Assembly (NCBI GenBank): GCA_964016885.1 | Contig: OZ024744.1 | Coordinates: 127,658,001 to 127,722,000, forward strand | DNA length: 64,000 bases | Direction of reading: 5' to 3' | DNA from: Eledone cirrhosa | Taxonomy: Eukaryota | In this document: in pieces, positions 49,166 through 61,100 of the stretch | Numbering within the stretch: the first letter of the stretch is position 1 | How the letters are laid out: each line of letters starts with the position of its first letter | The notes under the pieces: model-generated | Told to the model about the DNA's origin: nothing | The model's database searches: none | The model's input: only the letters and a program-made list of their open reading frames with translations | Made by a program: the position numbers and the translations under genes

Positions 49166-52100
49166 GGGGTTAAGTTAAGTTGGGGGTAACTTAAGTTGGG
49201 GTTAAGTTAAGTTGAGGGTAAGTTAAGTTGAAGGTAAGTTAAGTTGACGTTAAGTTAAGTTGGGGTTAAGTTAAGTTGGGGGTAAGTTAAGTTGGGTGTA
49301 AGTTAAGTTGGGGTTAAGTTAAGTTGGGGTTAAATTAAGTTGAGGTTAAGTTAATTTGGGATTAAGTTAAGTTGGGGTTAAGTTAAGTTGGGGGTAAGAT
49401 AAGTTGGGGCTAAGTTAAGTTGGGGCTAAGTCAAGTTGGGGTTAAGTCAAGTTGAGGTTAACTTAAGTTTGGGTTAAGTTAAGTTGGGGCTAAGTTAAGT
49501 TGGGGTTAAGGTAAGTTGGGGTTAAGTTAAGTTGGGGCTAAGTTAAGTTGGGGCTGAGTTAAGTTGGGGTTAAGTTGGGGTTGAGTTAAGTTGGGGTTAA
49601 GTTAAGTTGGGATTAAGTTAAGTTGGGGTTAAGTTAAGTTGGGGGTAAGTTAAGTTGGGGGCAAGTTAAGTTGGGGTTAATTTAAGTTGGGGTTAAGTTA
49701 AGTTGGGGTTATGTTAAGTTGGGGTTAAGTTAAGTTGGGGTAAGTTAAGTTGGGTGTAAGTTAAGTTGGGGTTAAGTTAAGTTGGGGTTAAATTAAGTTG
49801 GGGTTAAGTTAAGTTGGAGTTAAGTCAAGTTGGGGTTAAGTCAAGTTGGGGTTAAGTCAAGTTGGGGTTAAGTTAAGTTGGGGTTAAGTTAAGTTGGGGT
49901 TAAGTTAAGTTGGGGGTGAGTTAAGTTGGGTGTAAGTTAAGTTGGGGTTAAGTTAAGTTGGGGTTCAGTTCAGTTGGGGTTAAGTTAAGTTGGGGTTAAG
50001 TTAAGCTGGGGGTAAGTTAAGTTGGGGTTAAGTTAAGTTGGGGTTAACTTAAGTTGGGGTTAAGTTGGGGTTAAGTTAAGTTGGGGGTAGGTTAAGTTGG
50101 GGGCAAGTTAAGTTGGGGTTAAGTTAAGTTGGGGTTAAGTTAAGTTGGGGGTAAGTTAAGTCGGGGTTAAGTTAAGTTGGGGTTAAGTTAAGTTGGGTTT
50201 AACTTAAGTTGGGGCTAAGTTAAGTTGGGGCTAAGTTAAGTTGGGGCTGAGTTAAGTTGGGGGTAAGTTAAGTTGGGTGTAAGTTAAGTTGGGGTTCAGT
50301 TCAGTTGGGGTTAAGTTAAGTTGGGGTTAAGTTAAGCTGGGGTTAAGTTAAGTTGGGGTTAAGTTAAGTTGGGGTTAAGTTAAGTTGGGGTTAAGTTAAG
50401 TTGGGGTTGAGTTAAGTTGGGGTTAAGTTAAGTTGGGGGTAAGTTAAGTTGGGGGTAAGTTAAGTTGGGGGCAAGTTAAGTTGGGGTTAAGTTAAGTTCG
50501 GGTTGAGTTAAGTTGGGGTTAAGTTAAGTTAGGGTTAATTTCAGTTGGGGTTAACTTAAGTTGGGGTTAAGTTAAGTTAGGGTTAATTTAAGTTGGGGTT
50601 ATGTTAAGTTGGGGTTAAGTTAAGTTGGGGTTAAGTTAAGTTGGTGTTAAGTAAAGTTGGGGTTAAGTTAAGTTGTGGGTTAAGTTAAGTTGGGGTTAAG
50701 TTAAGTTGGGGTTAAGTTAAGTTGGTGTTAAGTAAAGTTGGGCTTAAGTTAAGTTTGGTTTGAGTTAAATGGGTCTAATTTAAGTTAGGGCTAAGTTAAG
50801 TTGGGGTTAAGTTAAGTTGGGGCTAGGTTAAGTTGGGTCTAAGTTAAGTTGGGGTTAAGTTAAGTTGGGGTTAAGTTAAGTTGGGGTTAAATTAAGTTGG
50901 GTTTAAGTTAAGTTGGGGTTAAGCTAAGTTGGGGTTAAGTTAATTTGCGGTTAAGTTAGGTTGTTGGTTAATTTAAGTTGGGGGTAAGTTAAGTTGGGGG
51001 TAAGTTAAGTTGGGGTTAAGTTAAGTTGGGGTTAATTTAAGTTGGGGTTAATTTAAGTTGGGGTTAAGTTAAGTTGGGGTAAAGTTAAGTTGTGGTTAAG
51101 TTAAGTTGGGGTTAAGTTAAGTTGGGGTTAAGTTAAGTTGGGGTTAAGTTAAGTTGGGGGTAAGATAAGTTGGGGCTAAGTTAAGTTGGGGCTAAGTCAA
51201 GTTGGGGTTAAGTCAAGTTGAGGTTAAATTAAGTTGGGGTTAAATTAAGTTGGGGGTAAGTTAAGTTGGGGGTAAGTTAAGTTGGGGTTAAGTTAAGTTG
51301 GGGTTAAATTAAGTTGAGGTTAAGTTAAGTTGGGGTTAAGTTAAATTGGGGTTAATTTAAGTTGGGGGTAAGATAAGTTGGGGCTAAGTTAAGTTGGGGC
51401 TAAGTCAAGTTGGGGTTAAGTCAAGTTGAGGTTAACTTAAGTTGGGGTTATGTTAAGTTGGGGTTAAGTTAGGGCTAAGTTAAGTTGGGGCTGAGTTAAG
51501 TTGGGGTTAAGTTAAGTTGGGGTTGAGTTAAGTTGGGGTTAAGTTAAGTTGGGATTAAGTTAAGTTGGGGTTAAGTTAAGTTCGGCTTGAGTTAAGTTGG
51601 GGTTAAGTTAAGTTGGGGTTGAGTTAATTTGGGGTTAAGTTAAGTTGGGGTTAACTTAAGTTGGGGTTAAGTTGGGGTTAAGTTAAGTTGGGGTTAAGTT
51701 AAGTTGGGGGTAGGTTGAGTTGGGGGCAAGTTAAGTTGGGGTTAAGTTAAGTTGGGGCTAAGTTAAGTTGGGGTTGAGTTAAGTTGGGGTTGAGTTAAGT
51801 TGGGGTTAAGTTAAGTTGGCGTTAAGTTAAGTTGGGGTTAAGTTAAGTTGGGGTTAAGTTAATTTGCGGTTAAGTTAGGTTGTGGGTTAAGTTAAGTTGG
51901 GGTTAAGTTAAGCTGGGGTCAAGTTGGGGTAAGTTAAGTTGGGGGTAAGTTAAGTTGGGGTTAAGTTAAGTTGGGGTTAAGTTAAGTTGGGGTTAAGTTA
52001 AGTTGGGTTTAAGTTAAGTTGGGGGTAAGTTAAGTTGGGGTTAAGTTAATTTGCGGTTAAGTTAGGTTGTGGGTTAAGTTAAGTTGGGGTTAAGTTAAGC

Positions 52101-55100
52101 TGGGGTTAAGTTGGGGTAAGTTAAGTTGGGGTTAAGTTAAGTTGGGGTTAAGTTAAGTTGGGGTTAAGTTAAGTTGGGGGTAAGTTAAGTTGGGGGCAAG
52201 TTAAGTTGGGGTTAAGTTAAGTTGGGGTTAAGTTAAGTTGGGGTTAAGTTAAGTTGGGGTTAAGTTAAGTTGGGGTTAAGTTAAGTTAGGGTTAATTTCA
52301 GTTGGGGTTATGTTAAGTTGGGGTTAAGTTAAGTTGGGGTTAAGTTAAAGTTGGGGTTAGTTAAGTTTGGGTTAAGTTAAGCTGGGGTTAAGTTGGGGTA
52401 AATTAAGTTGGGGGTAAGTTAAGTTGGGGTTAAGTTAAGTTGGGGTTAAGTTAAGTTGGGGTTGAGTTAAGTTGGGGTTAAGTTAAGTTAGGGTTAATTT
52501 CAGTTGGGGTTATGTTAAGTTGGGGTTAAGTTAAGTTGGGGTTAAGTTAAAGTTGGGGTTAAGTTCAGTTGGGGTAAAGTTAAGTTAGGGTTAAGTTAAG
52601 TTGGGGTTAAGTTAAGTTGGGGTTAAATTAAGTTGGGGTTAAGTTAAGTTGGGGTTAAGTTAAGTTGGGGTTAAATTAAGTTGGGGTTCAGTTAAGTTGG
52701 GGTTAAATTAAGTTGGGGTTAAGTTAAGTTGGGGTTAGTTAAGTTGGGGTTAAGTTAAGTTGGGGTTAAGTTAAGTTGGGGTTAAGTTAAGCTGGGGGTA
52801 AGTTAAGTTGGGTGTAAGTTAAGTTGGGGTTAAGTTAAATTGGGGTTAAGTTAAGTTGGGGTTAAATTAAGTTGGGGTTAAGTTAAGTTGGGGTTATGTT
52901 AAGTTGGGGTTAAGTTAAGTTGCGGTTAAGTTAAGTTGGGGTTAAGTTAAGTTGGGGTTAAGTTAAGTTGGGGTTAAGTTAAGTTGGAGTTAAGTTAAGT
53001 TGGGGTTAACTTAAGTTGGAGTTAAGTTGGGGTTAAGTTAAGTTGGGGTTAAGTTAAGTTGGGGGTTAGTTAAGTTGGGGGCAAGTTAAGTTGGGGTTAA
53101 TTTAAGTTGGGGTTAAGTTAAGTTGGGGTTATGTTAAGTGGGGGTTAAGTTAAGTTGGGGTTAAGTTAAGTTGGGGCTAAGTTAAGTTGGGGTTAAGTTA
53201 AGTTGGGGGTAAGTTAAGTTGGGGGTAAGTTAAGTTGAGGCTAAGTTAAAGTGGGGTTAAGTTAAGTTGGGGTTAAGTTAAGCTGGGGGTAAGTTAAGTT
53301 GGGTGTAAGTTAAGTTGGGGTTAAGTTAAGTTGGGGTTAATTTAAGTTGGGGTTAAATTAAGTTGGGGTTAAGTTAAGTTGGGGTTATGTTAAGTTGGGG
53401 TCAAGTTAAGTTGGGGTTAAGTTAAGTTGGAGTTAAGTTAAGTTGGGGTTAAGCTAAGTTGGGGTTCAGTTAAGTTGGGGTTAAGTTAATTTGCGGTTAA
53501 GTTAAGTTGTGGGTAAGTTAAGTTGGGGTAAGTTAAGTTGGGGGTAAGTTAAGTTGGGGTTAAGTTAAGTTGGGGTTAAATTAAGTTGGGGTTAAGTTAA
53601 GTTGGGGTTAAGTTAAGTTGGGGTTAAGTTAAGTTGGGGGTAAGTTAAGTTGGGGCTAAGTTAAGTTGGGGTTAAGTTAAGTTGGGGTTAACTTAAGTTG
53701 GGGTTAAGTTAAGTTGGGGCTAAGTTAAGTTGGGGCTAAGTTAAGTTGGGGCTGAGTTAAGTTGGGGTTAAGTTAAGTTCGGGTTGAGTTAAGTTGGGGG
53801 TAAGTTAAGTTGGGGCTAAGTTAAGTTGGGGCTAAGTCAAGTTGGGGTTAAGTTAAGTTGAGGTTAACTTAAGTTGGGGTTAAGTTAAGTTGGGGTTAAG
53901 TTAAGTTGGGGTTAAGGTAAGTTGGGGTTAAGTTAAGCTGGGGCTAAGTTAAGTTGGGGCTAAGTTAAGTTGGGGCTGAGTTAAGTTGGGGTTAAGTTGG
54001 GGTTGAGTTAAGTTGGGGTTAAGTTAAGTTGGGATTAAGTTAAGTTGGGGTTAAGTTAAGTTCGGGTTGAGTTAAGTTGGGCTTAAGTTAAGTTGGGGTT
54101 AAGTTAAGTTGGGGTTGAGTTAATTTGGGGTTAAGTTAAGTTGGGGTTAACTTAAGTTGGGGTTAAGTTAAGTTGGGGTTAAGTTAAGTTGGGGGTAAGT
54201 TAAATTGGGGGCAAGTTGAGTTGGGGTTAAGTTAAGTTGGGGTTAAGTTAAGGTGGGGGTAAGTTAAGTTGGGGGTAAGTTAAGTTGGGGTTAAGTTAAG
54301 TTGGGGTTAAGTTAAGTTGGGGCTAAGTTAAGTTGGGGCTAAGTTAAGTTGGGGCTGAGTTAAGTTGGGGTTAAGTTAAGTTGGGGTTGAGTTAAGTTGG
54401 GGTTAAGTTAAGTTGGGGTTAAGTTGGGGTTAAGTTAAGTTGGGGTTAAATTAAGTTGGGGGTTAGTTAAATTGGGGCAAGTTAAGTTGGGGTTATGTTA
54501 AGTTGGGGTTAAGTTAAGTTGGGGTTAAGTTAAGTTGGGGGTAAGTTAAGTTGGGGTTAAGTTAAGTTGGGGGTAAGTTAAGTTGAGGGTAAGTTAAGTT
54601 GGGGTTAAGTTAAGTTGGGGTTAAATTAAGTTGGGGGTAAGTTAAGTTGGGGTTAAGTTAAGTTGGGGTTAAATTAAGTTGAGGTTAAGTTAAGTTGGGG
54701 TTAAGTTAAGTTGGGGTTAAGTTAAGTTGGGGGTAAGATAAGTTGGGGCTAAGTTAAGTTGGGGCTAAGTCAAGTTGGGGTTAAGTCAAGTTGAGGTTAA
54801 CTTAAGTTGGGGTTAAATTAAGTTGGGGGTAAGTTAAGTTGGGGGTAAGTTAAGTTGGGGTTAAGTTAAGTTGGGGTTAAATTAAGTTGAGGTTAAGTTA
54901 AGTTGGGGTTAAGTTAAATTGGGGTTAATTTAAGTTGGGGGTAAGATAAGTTGGGGCTAAGTTAAGTTGGGGCTAAGTCAAGTTGGGGTTAAGTCAAGTT
55001 GAGGTTAACTTAAGTTGGGGTTATGTTAAGTTGGGGTTAAGTTGGGGCTAAGTTAAGTTGGGGCTGAGTTAAGTTGGGGTTAAGTTAAGTTGGGGTTGAG

Positions 55101-58100
55101 TTAAGTTGGGGTTAAGTTAAGTTGGGATTAAGTTAAGTTGGGGTTAAGTTAAGTTCGGCTTGAGTTAAGTTGGGGTTAAGTTAAGTTGGGGTTGAGTTAA
55201 TTTGGGGTTAAGTTAAGTTGGGGTTAACTTAAGTTGGGGTTAAGTTGGGGTTAAGTTAAGTTGGGGTTAAGTTAAGTTGGGGGTAGGTTGAGTTGGGGGC
55301 AAGTTAAGTTGGGGTTAAGTTAAGTTGGGGTTAAGTTAAGTTGGGTTTAAGTTAAGTTGGGGCTAAGTTAAGTTGCGGCTAAGTTAAGTTGGGGCTGAGT
55401 TAAGTTGGGGTTAAGTTAAGTTGGGGTTGAGTTAAGTTGGGGTTATGTTAAGTTAGGGTTGAGTTAAGTTGGGGTTGAGTTAAGTTGGGGTTGAGTTAAG
55501 TTGGGGTTAAGTTAAGTTGGCGTTAAGTTAAGTTGGGGTTAAGTTAAGTTGGGGTTAAGTTAATTTGCGGTTAAGTTAGGTTGTGGGTTAAGTTAAGTTG
55601 GGTTTAAGTTAAGTTGGGGGTAAGTTAAGTTGGGGTTAAGTTAATTTGCGGTTAAGTTAGGTTGTGGGTTAAGTTAAGTTGGGGTTAAGTTAAGCTGGGG
55701 TCAAGTTGGGGTAAGTTAAGTTGGGGGTAAGTTAAGTTGGGGTTAAGTTAAGTTGGGGTTAAGTTAATTTGGGGTTAAGTTAAGTTGGGTTTAAGTTAAG
55801 TTGGGGGTAAGTTAAGTTGGGGTTAAGTTAATTTGCGGTTAAGTTAGGTTGTGGGTTAAGTTAAGTTGGGGTTAAGTTAAGCTGGGGTTAAGTTGGGGTA
55901 AGTTAAGTTGGGGTTAAGTTAAGTTGGGGTTAAGTTAAGTTGGGGTTAAGTTAAGTTGGGGGTAAGTTAAGTTGGGGGCAAGTTAAGTTGGGGTTAAGTT
56001 AAGTTGGGGTTAAGTTAAGTTGGGGTTAAGTTAAGTTGGGGTTAAGTTAAGTTGGGGTTAAGTTAAGTTAGGGTTAATTTCAGTTGGGGTTATGTTAAGT
56101 TGGGGTTAAGTTAAGTTGGGGTTAAGTTAAAGTTGGGGTTAGTTAAGTTGGGGTTAAGTTAAGCTGGGGTTAAGTTGGGGTAAGTTAAGTTGGGGGTAAG
56201 TTAAGTTGGGGTTGAGTTAAGTTGGGGTTAAGTTAAGTTAGGGTTAATTTCAGTTGGGGTTATGTTAAGTTGGGGTTAAGTTAAGTTGGGGTTAAGTTAA
56301 AGTTGGGGTTAAGTTCAGTTGGGGTTAATTTCAGTTGGGGTTATGTTAAGTTGGGGTTAAGTTAAGTTGGGGTTAAGTTAAAGTTGGGGTTAAGTTAAGT
56401 TGGGGTAAAGTTAAGTTAGGGTTAAGTTAAGTTGGGGTTAAGTTAAGTTGGGGTTAAATTAAGTTGGGGTTAAGTTAAGTTGGGGTTAGTTAAGTTGGGG
56501 TTAAGTTAAGTTGGGGTTAAGTTAAGTTGGGGTTAAGTTAAGCTGGGGGTAAGTTAAGTTGGGTGTAAGTTAATTTGGGGTTAAGTTAAGTTGGGGTTAA
56601 GTTAAGTTGGGGTTAAATTAAGTTGGGGTTAAGTTAAGTTGGGGTTATGTTAAGTTGGGGTTAAGTTAAGTTGCGGTTAAGTTAAGTTGGGGTTAAGTTA
56701 AGTTGGGGTTAAGTTAAGTTGGGGTTAAGTTAAGTTGGAGTTAAGTTAAGTTGGGGTTAACTTAAGTTGGGGTTAAGTTGGGATTAAGTTAAGTTGGGGT
56801 TAAGTTAAGTTGGGGGTTAGTTAAGTTGGGGGCAAGTTAAGTTGGGGTTAATTTAAGTTGGGGTTAAGTTAAGTTGGGGTTATGTTAAGTTGGGGTTAAG
56901 TTAAGTTGGGGTTAAGTTAAGTTGGGGGTAAGTTAAGTTGGGGTTAAGTTAAGTTGGGGGTAAGTTAAGTTGGGGGTAAGTTAAGTTGAGGCTAAGTTAA
57001 AGTGGGGTTAAGTTAAGTTGGGGTTAAGTTAATTTGGGGCTGAGTTAAGTTGGGGTTAAGTTAAGTTCGGGTTGAGTTAAGTTGGGGTTAAGTTAAGTTG
57101 GGGTTAAGTTAAGTTGGTTTTAAGTTAAGTTGGGGTTAAGATAAGTTGGGGTTAAGTTAAGTTGGGGTTAATTTAAGTTGGGGTTGAGTTAATTTGGGTT
57201 TAAGTTAAGTTGGGCTTAACTTAAGTTGGGGTTAAGTTGGGGTTAAGTTAAGTTGGGGTTAAGTTAAGTTGGGGGTAAGTTAAATTGGGGGCAAGTTAAG
57301 TTGGGGTTAATTTAAGTTGGGGTTAAGTTAAGTTGGGGTTATGTTAAGTTGGGGTTAAGTTAAGTTGGGGTTAAGTTAAGTTGGGGGTAACTTAAGTTGG
57401 GGTTAAGTTAAGTTGAGGGTAAGTTAAGTTGAAGGTAAGTTAAGTTGACGTTAAGTTAAGTTGGGGTTAAGTTAAGTTGGGGGTAAGTTAAGTTGGGTGT
57501 AAGTTAAGTTGGGGTTAAGTTAAGTTGGGGTTAAATTAAGTTGAGGTTAAGTTAATTTGGGATTAAGTTAAGTTGGGGTTAAGTTAAGTTGGGGGTAAGA
57601 TAAGTTGGGGCTAAGTTAAGTTGGGGCTAAGTCAAGTTGGGGTTAAGTCAAGTTGAGGTTAACTTAAGTTTGGGTTAAGTTAAGTTGGGGCTAAGTTAAG
57701 TTGGGGTTAAGGTAAGTTGGGGTTAAGTTAAGTTGGGGCTAAGTTAAGTTGGGGCTGAGTTAAGTTGGGGTTAAGTTGGGGTTGAGTTAAGTTGGGGTTA
57801 AGTTAAGTTGGGATTAAGTTAAGTTGGGGTTAAGTTAAGTTGGGGGTAAGTTAAGTTGGGGGCAAGTTAAGTTGGGGTTAATTTAAGTTGGGGTTAAGTT
57901 AAGTTGGGGTTATGTTAAGTTGGGGTTAAGTTAAGTTGGGGTAAGTTAAGTTGGGTGTAAGTTAAGTTGGGGTTAAGTTAAGTTGGGGTTAAATTAAGTT
58001 GGGGTTAAGTTAAGTTGGAGTTAAGTCAAGTTGGGGTTAAGTCAAGTTGGGGTTAAGTCAAGTTGGGGTTAAGTTAAGTTGGGGTTAAGTTAAGTTGGGG

Positions 58101-61100
58101 TTAAGTTAAGTTGGGGGTGAGTTAAGTTGGGTGTAAGTTAAGTTGGGGTTAAGTTAAGTTGGGGTTCAGTTCAGTTGGGGTTAAGTTAAGTTGGGGTTAA
58201 GTTAAGCTGGGGGTAAGTTAAGTTGGGGTTAAGTTAAGTTGGGGTTAACTTAAGTTGGGGTTAAGTTGGGGTTAAGTTAAGTTGGGGGTAGGTTAAGTTG
58301 GGGGCAAGTTAAGTTGGGGTTAAGTTAAGTTGGGGTTAAGTTAAGTTGGGGGTAAGTTAAGTCGGGGTTAAGTTAAGTTGGGGTTAAGTTAAGTTGGGTT
58401 TAACTTAAGTTGGGGCTAAGTTAAGTTGGGGCTAAGTTAAGTTGGGGCTGAGTTAAGTTGGGGGTAAGTTAAGTTGGGTGTAAGTTAAGTTGGGGTTCAG
58501 TTCAGTTGGGGTTAAGTTAAGTTGGGGTTAAGTTAAGCTGGGGTTAAGTTAAGTTGGGGTTAAGTTAAGTTGGGGTTAAGTTAAGTTGGGGTTAAGTTAA
58601 GTTGGGGTTGAGTTAAGTTGGGGTTAAGTTAAGTTGGGGGTAAGTTAAGTTGGGGGTAAGTTAAGTTGGGGGCAAGTTAAGTTGGGGTTAAGTTAAGTTC
58701 GGGTTGAGTTAAGTTGGGGTTAAGTTAAGTTAGGGTTAATTTCAGTTGGGGTTAACTTAAGTTGGGGTTAAGTTAAGTTAGGGTTAATTTAAGTTGGGGT
58801 TATGTTAAGTTGGGGTTAAGTTAAGTTGGGGTTAAGTTAAGTTGGTGTTAAGTAAAGTTGGGGTTAAGTTAAGTTGTGGGTTAAGTTAAGTTGGGGTTAA
58901 GTTAAGTTGGGGTTAAGTTAAGTTGGTGTTAAGTAAAGTTGGGCTTAAGTTAAGTTTGGTTTGAGTTAAATGGGTCTAATTTAAGTTAGGGCTAAGTTAA
59001 GTTGGGGTTAAGTTAAGTTGGGGCTAGGTTAAGTTGGGTCTAAGTTAAGTTGGGGTTAAGTTAAGTTGGGGTTAAGTTAAGTTGGGGTTAAATTAAGTTG
59101 GGTTTAAGTTAAGTTGGGGTTAAGCTAAGTTGGGGTTAAGTTAATTTGCGGTTAAGTTAGGTTGTTGGTTAATTTAAGTTGGGGGTAAGTTAAGTTGGGG
59201 GTAAGTTAAGTTGGGGTTAAGTTAAGTTGGGGTTAATTTAAGTTGGGGTTAATTTAAGTTGGGGTTAAGTTAAGTTGGGGTAAAGTTAAGTTGTGGTTAA
59301 GTTAAGTTGGGGTTAAGTTAAGTTGGGGTTAAGTTAAGTTGGGGTTAAGTTAAGTTGGGGGTAAGATAAGTTGGGGCTAAGTTAAGTTGGGGCTAAGTCA
59401 AGTTGGGGTTAAGTCAAGTTGAGGTTAAATTAAGTTGGGGTTAAATTAAGTTGGGGGTAAGTTAAGTTGGGGGTAAGTTAAGTTGGGGTTAAGTTAAGTT
59501 GGGGTTAAATTAAGTTGAGGTTAAGTTAAGTTGGGGTTAAGTTAAATTGGGGTTAATTTAAGTTGGGGGTAAGATAAGTTGGGGCTAAGTTAAGTTGGGG
59601 CTAAGTCAAGTTGGGGTTAAGTCAAGTTGAGGTTAACTTAAGTTGGGGTTATGTTAAGTTGGGGTTAAGTTGGGGCTAAGTTAAGTTGGGGCTGAGTTAA
59701 GTTGGGGTTAAGTTAAGTTGGGGTTGAGTTAAGTTGGGGTTAAGTTAAGTTGGGATTAAGTTAAGTTGGGGTTAAGTTAAGTTCGGCTTGAGTTAAGTTG
59801 GGGTTAAGTTAAGTTGGGGTTGAGTTAATTTGGGGTTAAGTTAAGTTGGGGTTAACTTAAGTTGGGGTTAAGTTGGGGTTAAGTTAAGTTGGGGTTAAGT
59901 TAAGTTGGGGGTAGGTTGAGTTGGGGGCAAGTTAAGTTGGGGTTAAGTTAAGTTGGGGTTAAGTTAAGTTGGGTTTAAGTTAAGTTGGGGCTAAGTTAAG
60001 TTGGGGCTAAGTTAAGTTGGGGCTGAGTTAAGTTGGGGTTAAGTTAAGTTGGGGTTGAGTTAAGTTGGGGTTATGTTAAGTTAGGGTTGAGTTAAGTTGG
60101 GGTTGAGTTAAGTTGGGGTTGAGTTAAGTTGGGGTTAAGTTAAGTTGGCGTTAAGTTAAGTTGGGGTTAAGTTAAGTTGGGGTTAAGTTAATTTGCGGTT
60201 AAGTTAGGTTGTGGGTTAAGTTAAGTTGGGGTTAAGTTAAGCTGGGGTCAAGTTGGGGTAAGTTAAGTTGGGGGTAAGTTAAGTTGGGGTTAAGTTAAGT
60301 TGGGGTTAAGTTAAGTTGGGGTTAAGTTAAGTTGGGTTTAAGTTAAGTTGGGGGTAAGTTAAGTTGGGGTTAAGTTAATTTGCGGTTAAGTTAGGTTGTG
60401 GGTTAAGTTAAGTTGGGGTTAAGTTAAGCTGGGGTTAAGTTGGGGTAAGTTAAGTTGGGGTTAAGTTAAGTTGGGGTTAAGTTAAGTTGGGGGTAAGTTA
60501 AGTTGGGGGCAAGTTAAGTTGGGGTTAAGTTAAGTTGGGGTTAAGTTAAGTTGGGGTTAAGTTAAGTTGGGGTTAAGTTAAGTTGGGGTTAAGTTAAGTT
60601 AGGGTTAATTTCAGTTGGGGTTATGTTAAGTTGGGGTTAAGTTAAGTTGGGGTTAAGTTAAAGTTGGGGTTAGTTAAGTTGGGGTTAAGTTAAGCTGGGG
60701 TTAAGTTGGGGTAAGTTAAGTTGGGGGTAAGTTAAGTTGGGGTTAAGTTAAGTTGGGGTTAAGTTAAGTTGGGGTTGAGTTAAGTTGGGGTTAAGTTAAG
60801 TTAGGGTTAATTTCAGTTGGGGTTATGTTAAGTTGGGGTTAAGTTAAGTTGGGGTTAAGTTAAAGTTGGGGTTAAGTTCAGTTGGGGTAAAGTTAAGTTA
60901 GGGTTAAGTTAAGTTGGGGTTAAGTTAAGTTGGGGTTAAATTAAGTTGGGGTTAAGTTAAGTTGGGGTTAAGTTAAGTTGGGGTTAAATTAAGTTGGGGT
61001 TCAGTTAAGTTGGGGTTAAATTAAGTTGGGGTTAAGTTAAGTTGGGGTTAGTTAAGTTGGGGTTAAGTTAAGTTGGGGTTAAGTTAAGTTGGGGTTAAGT

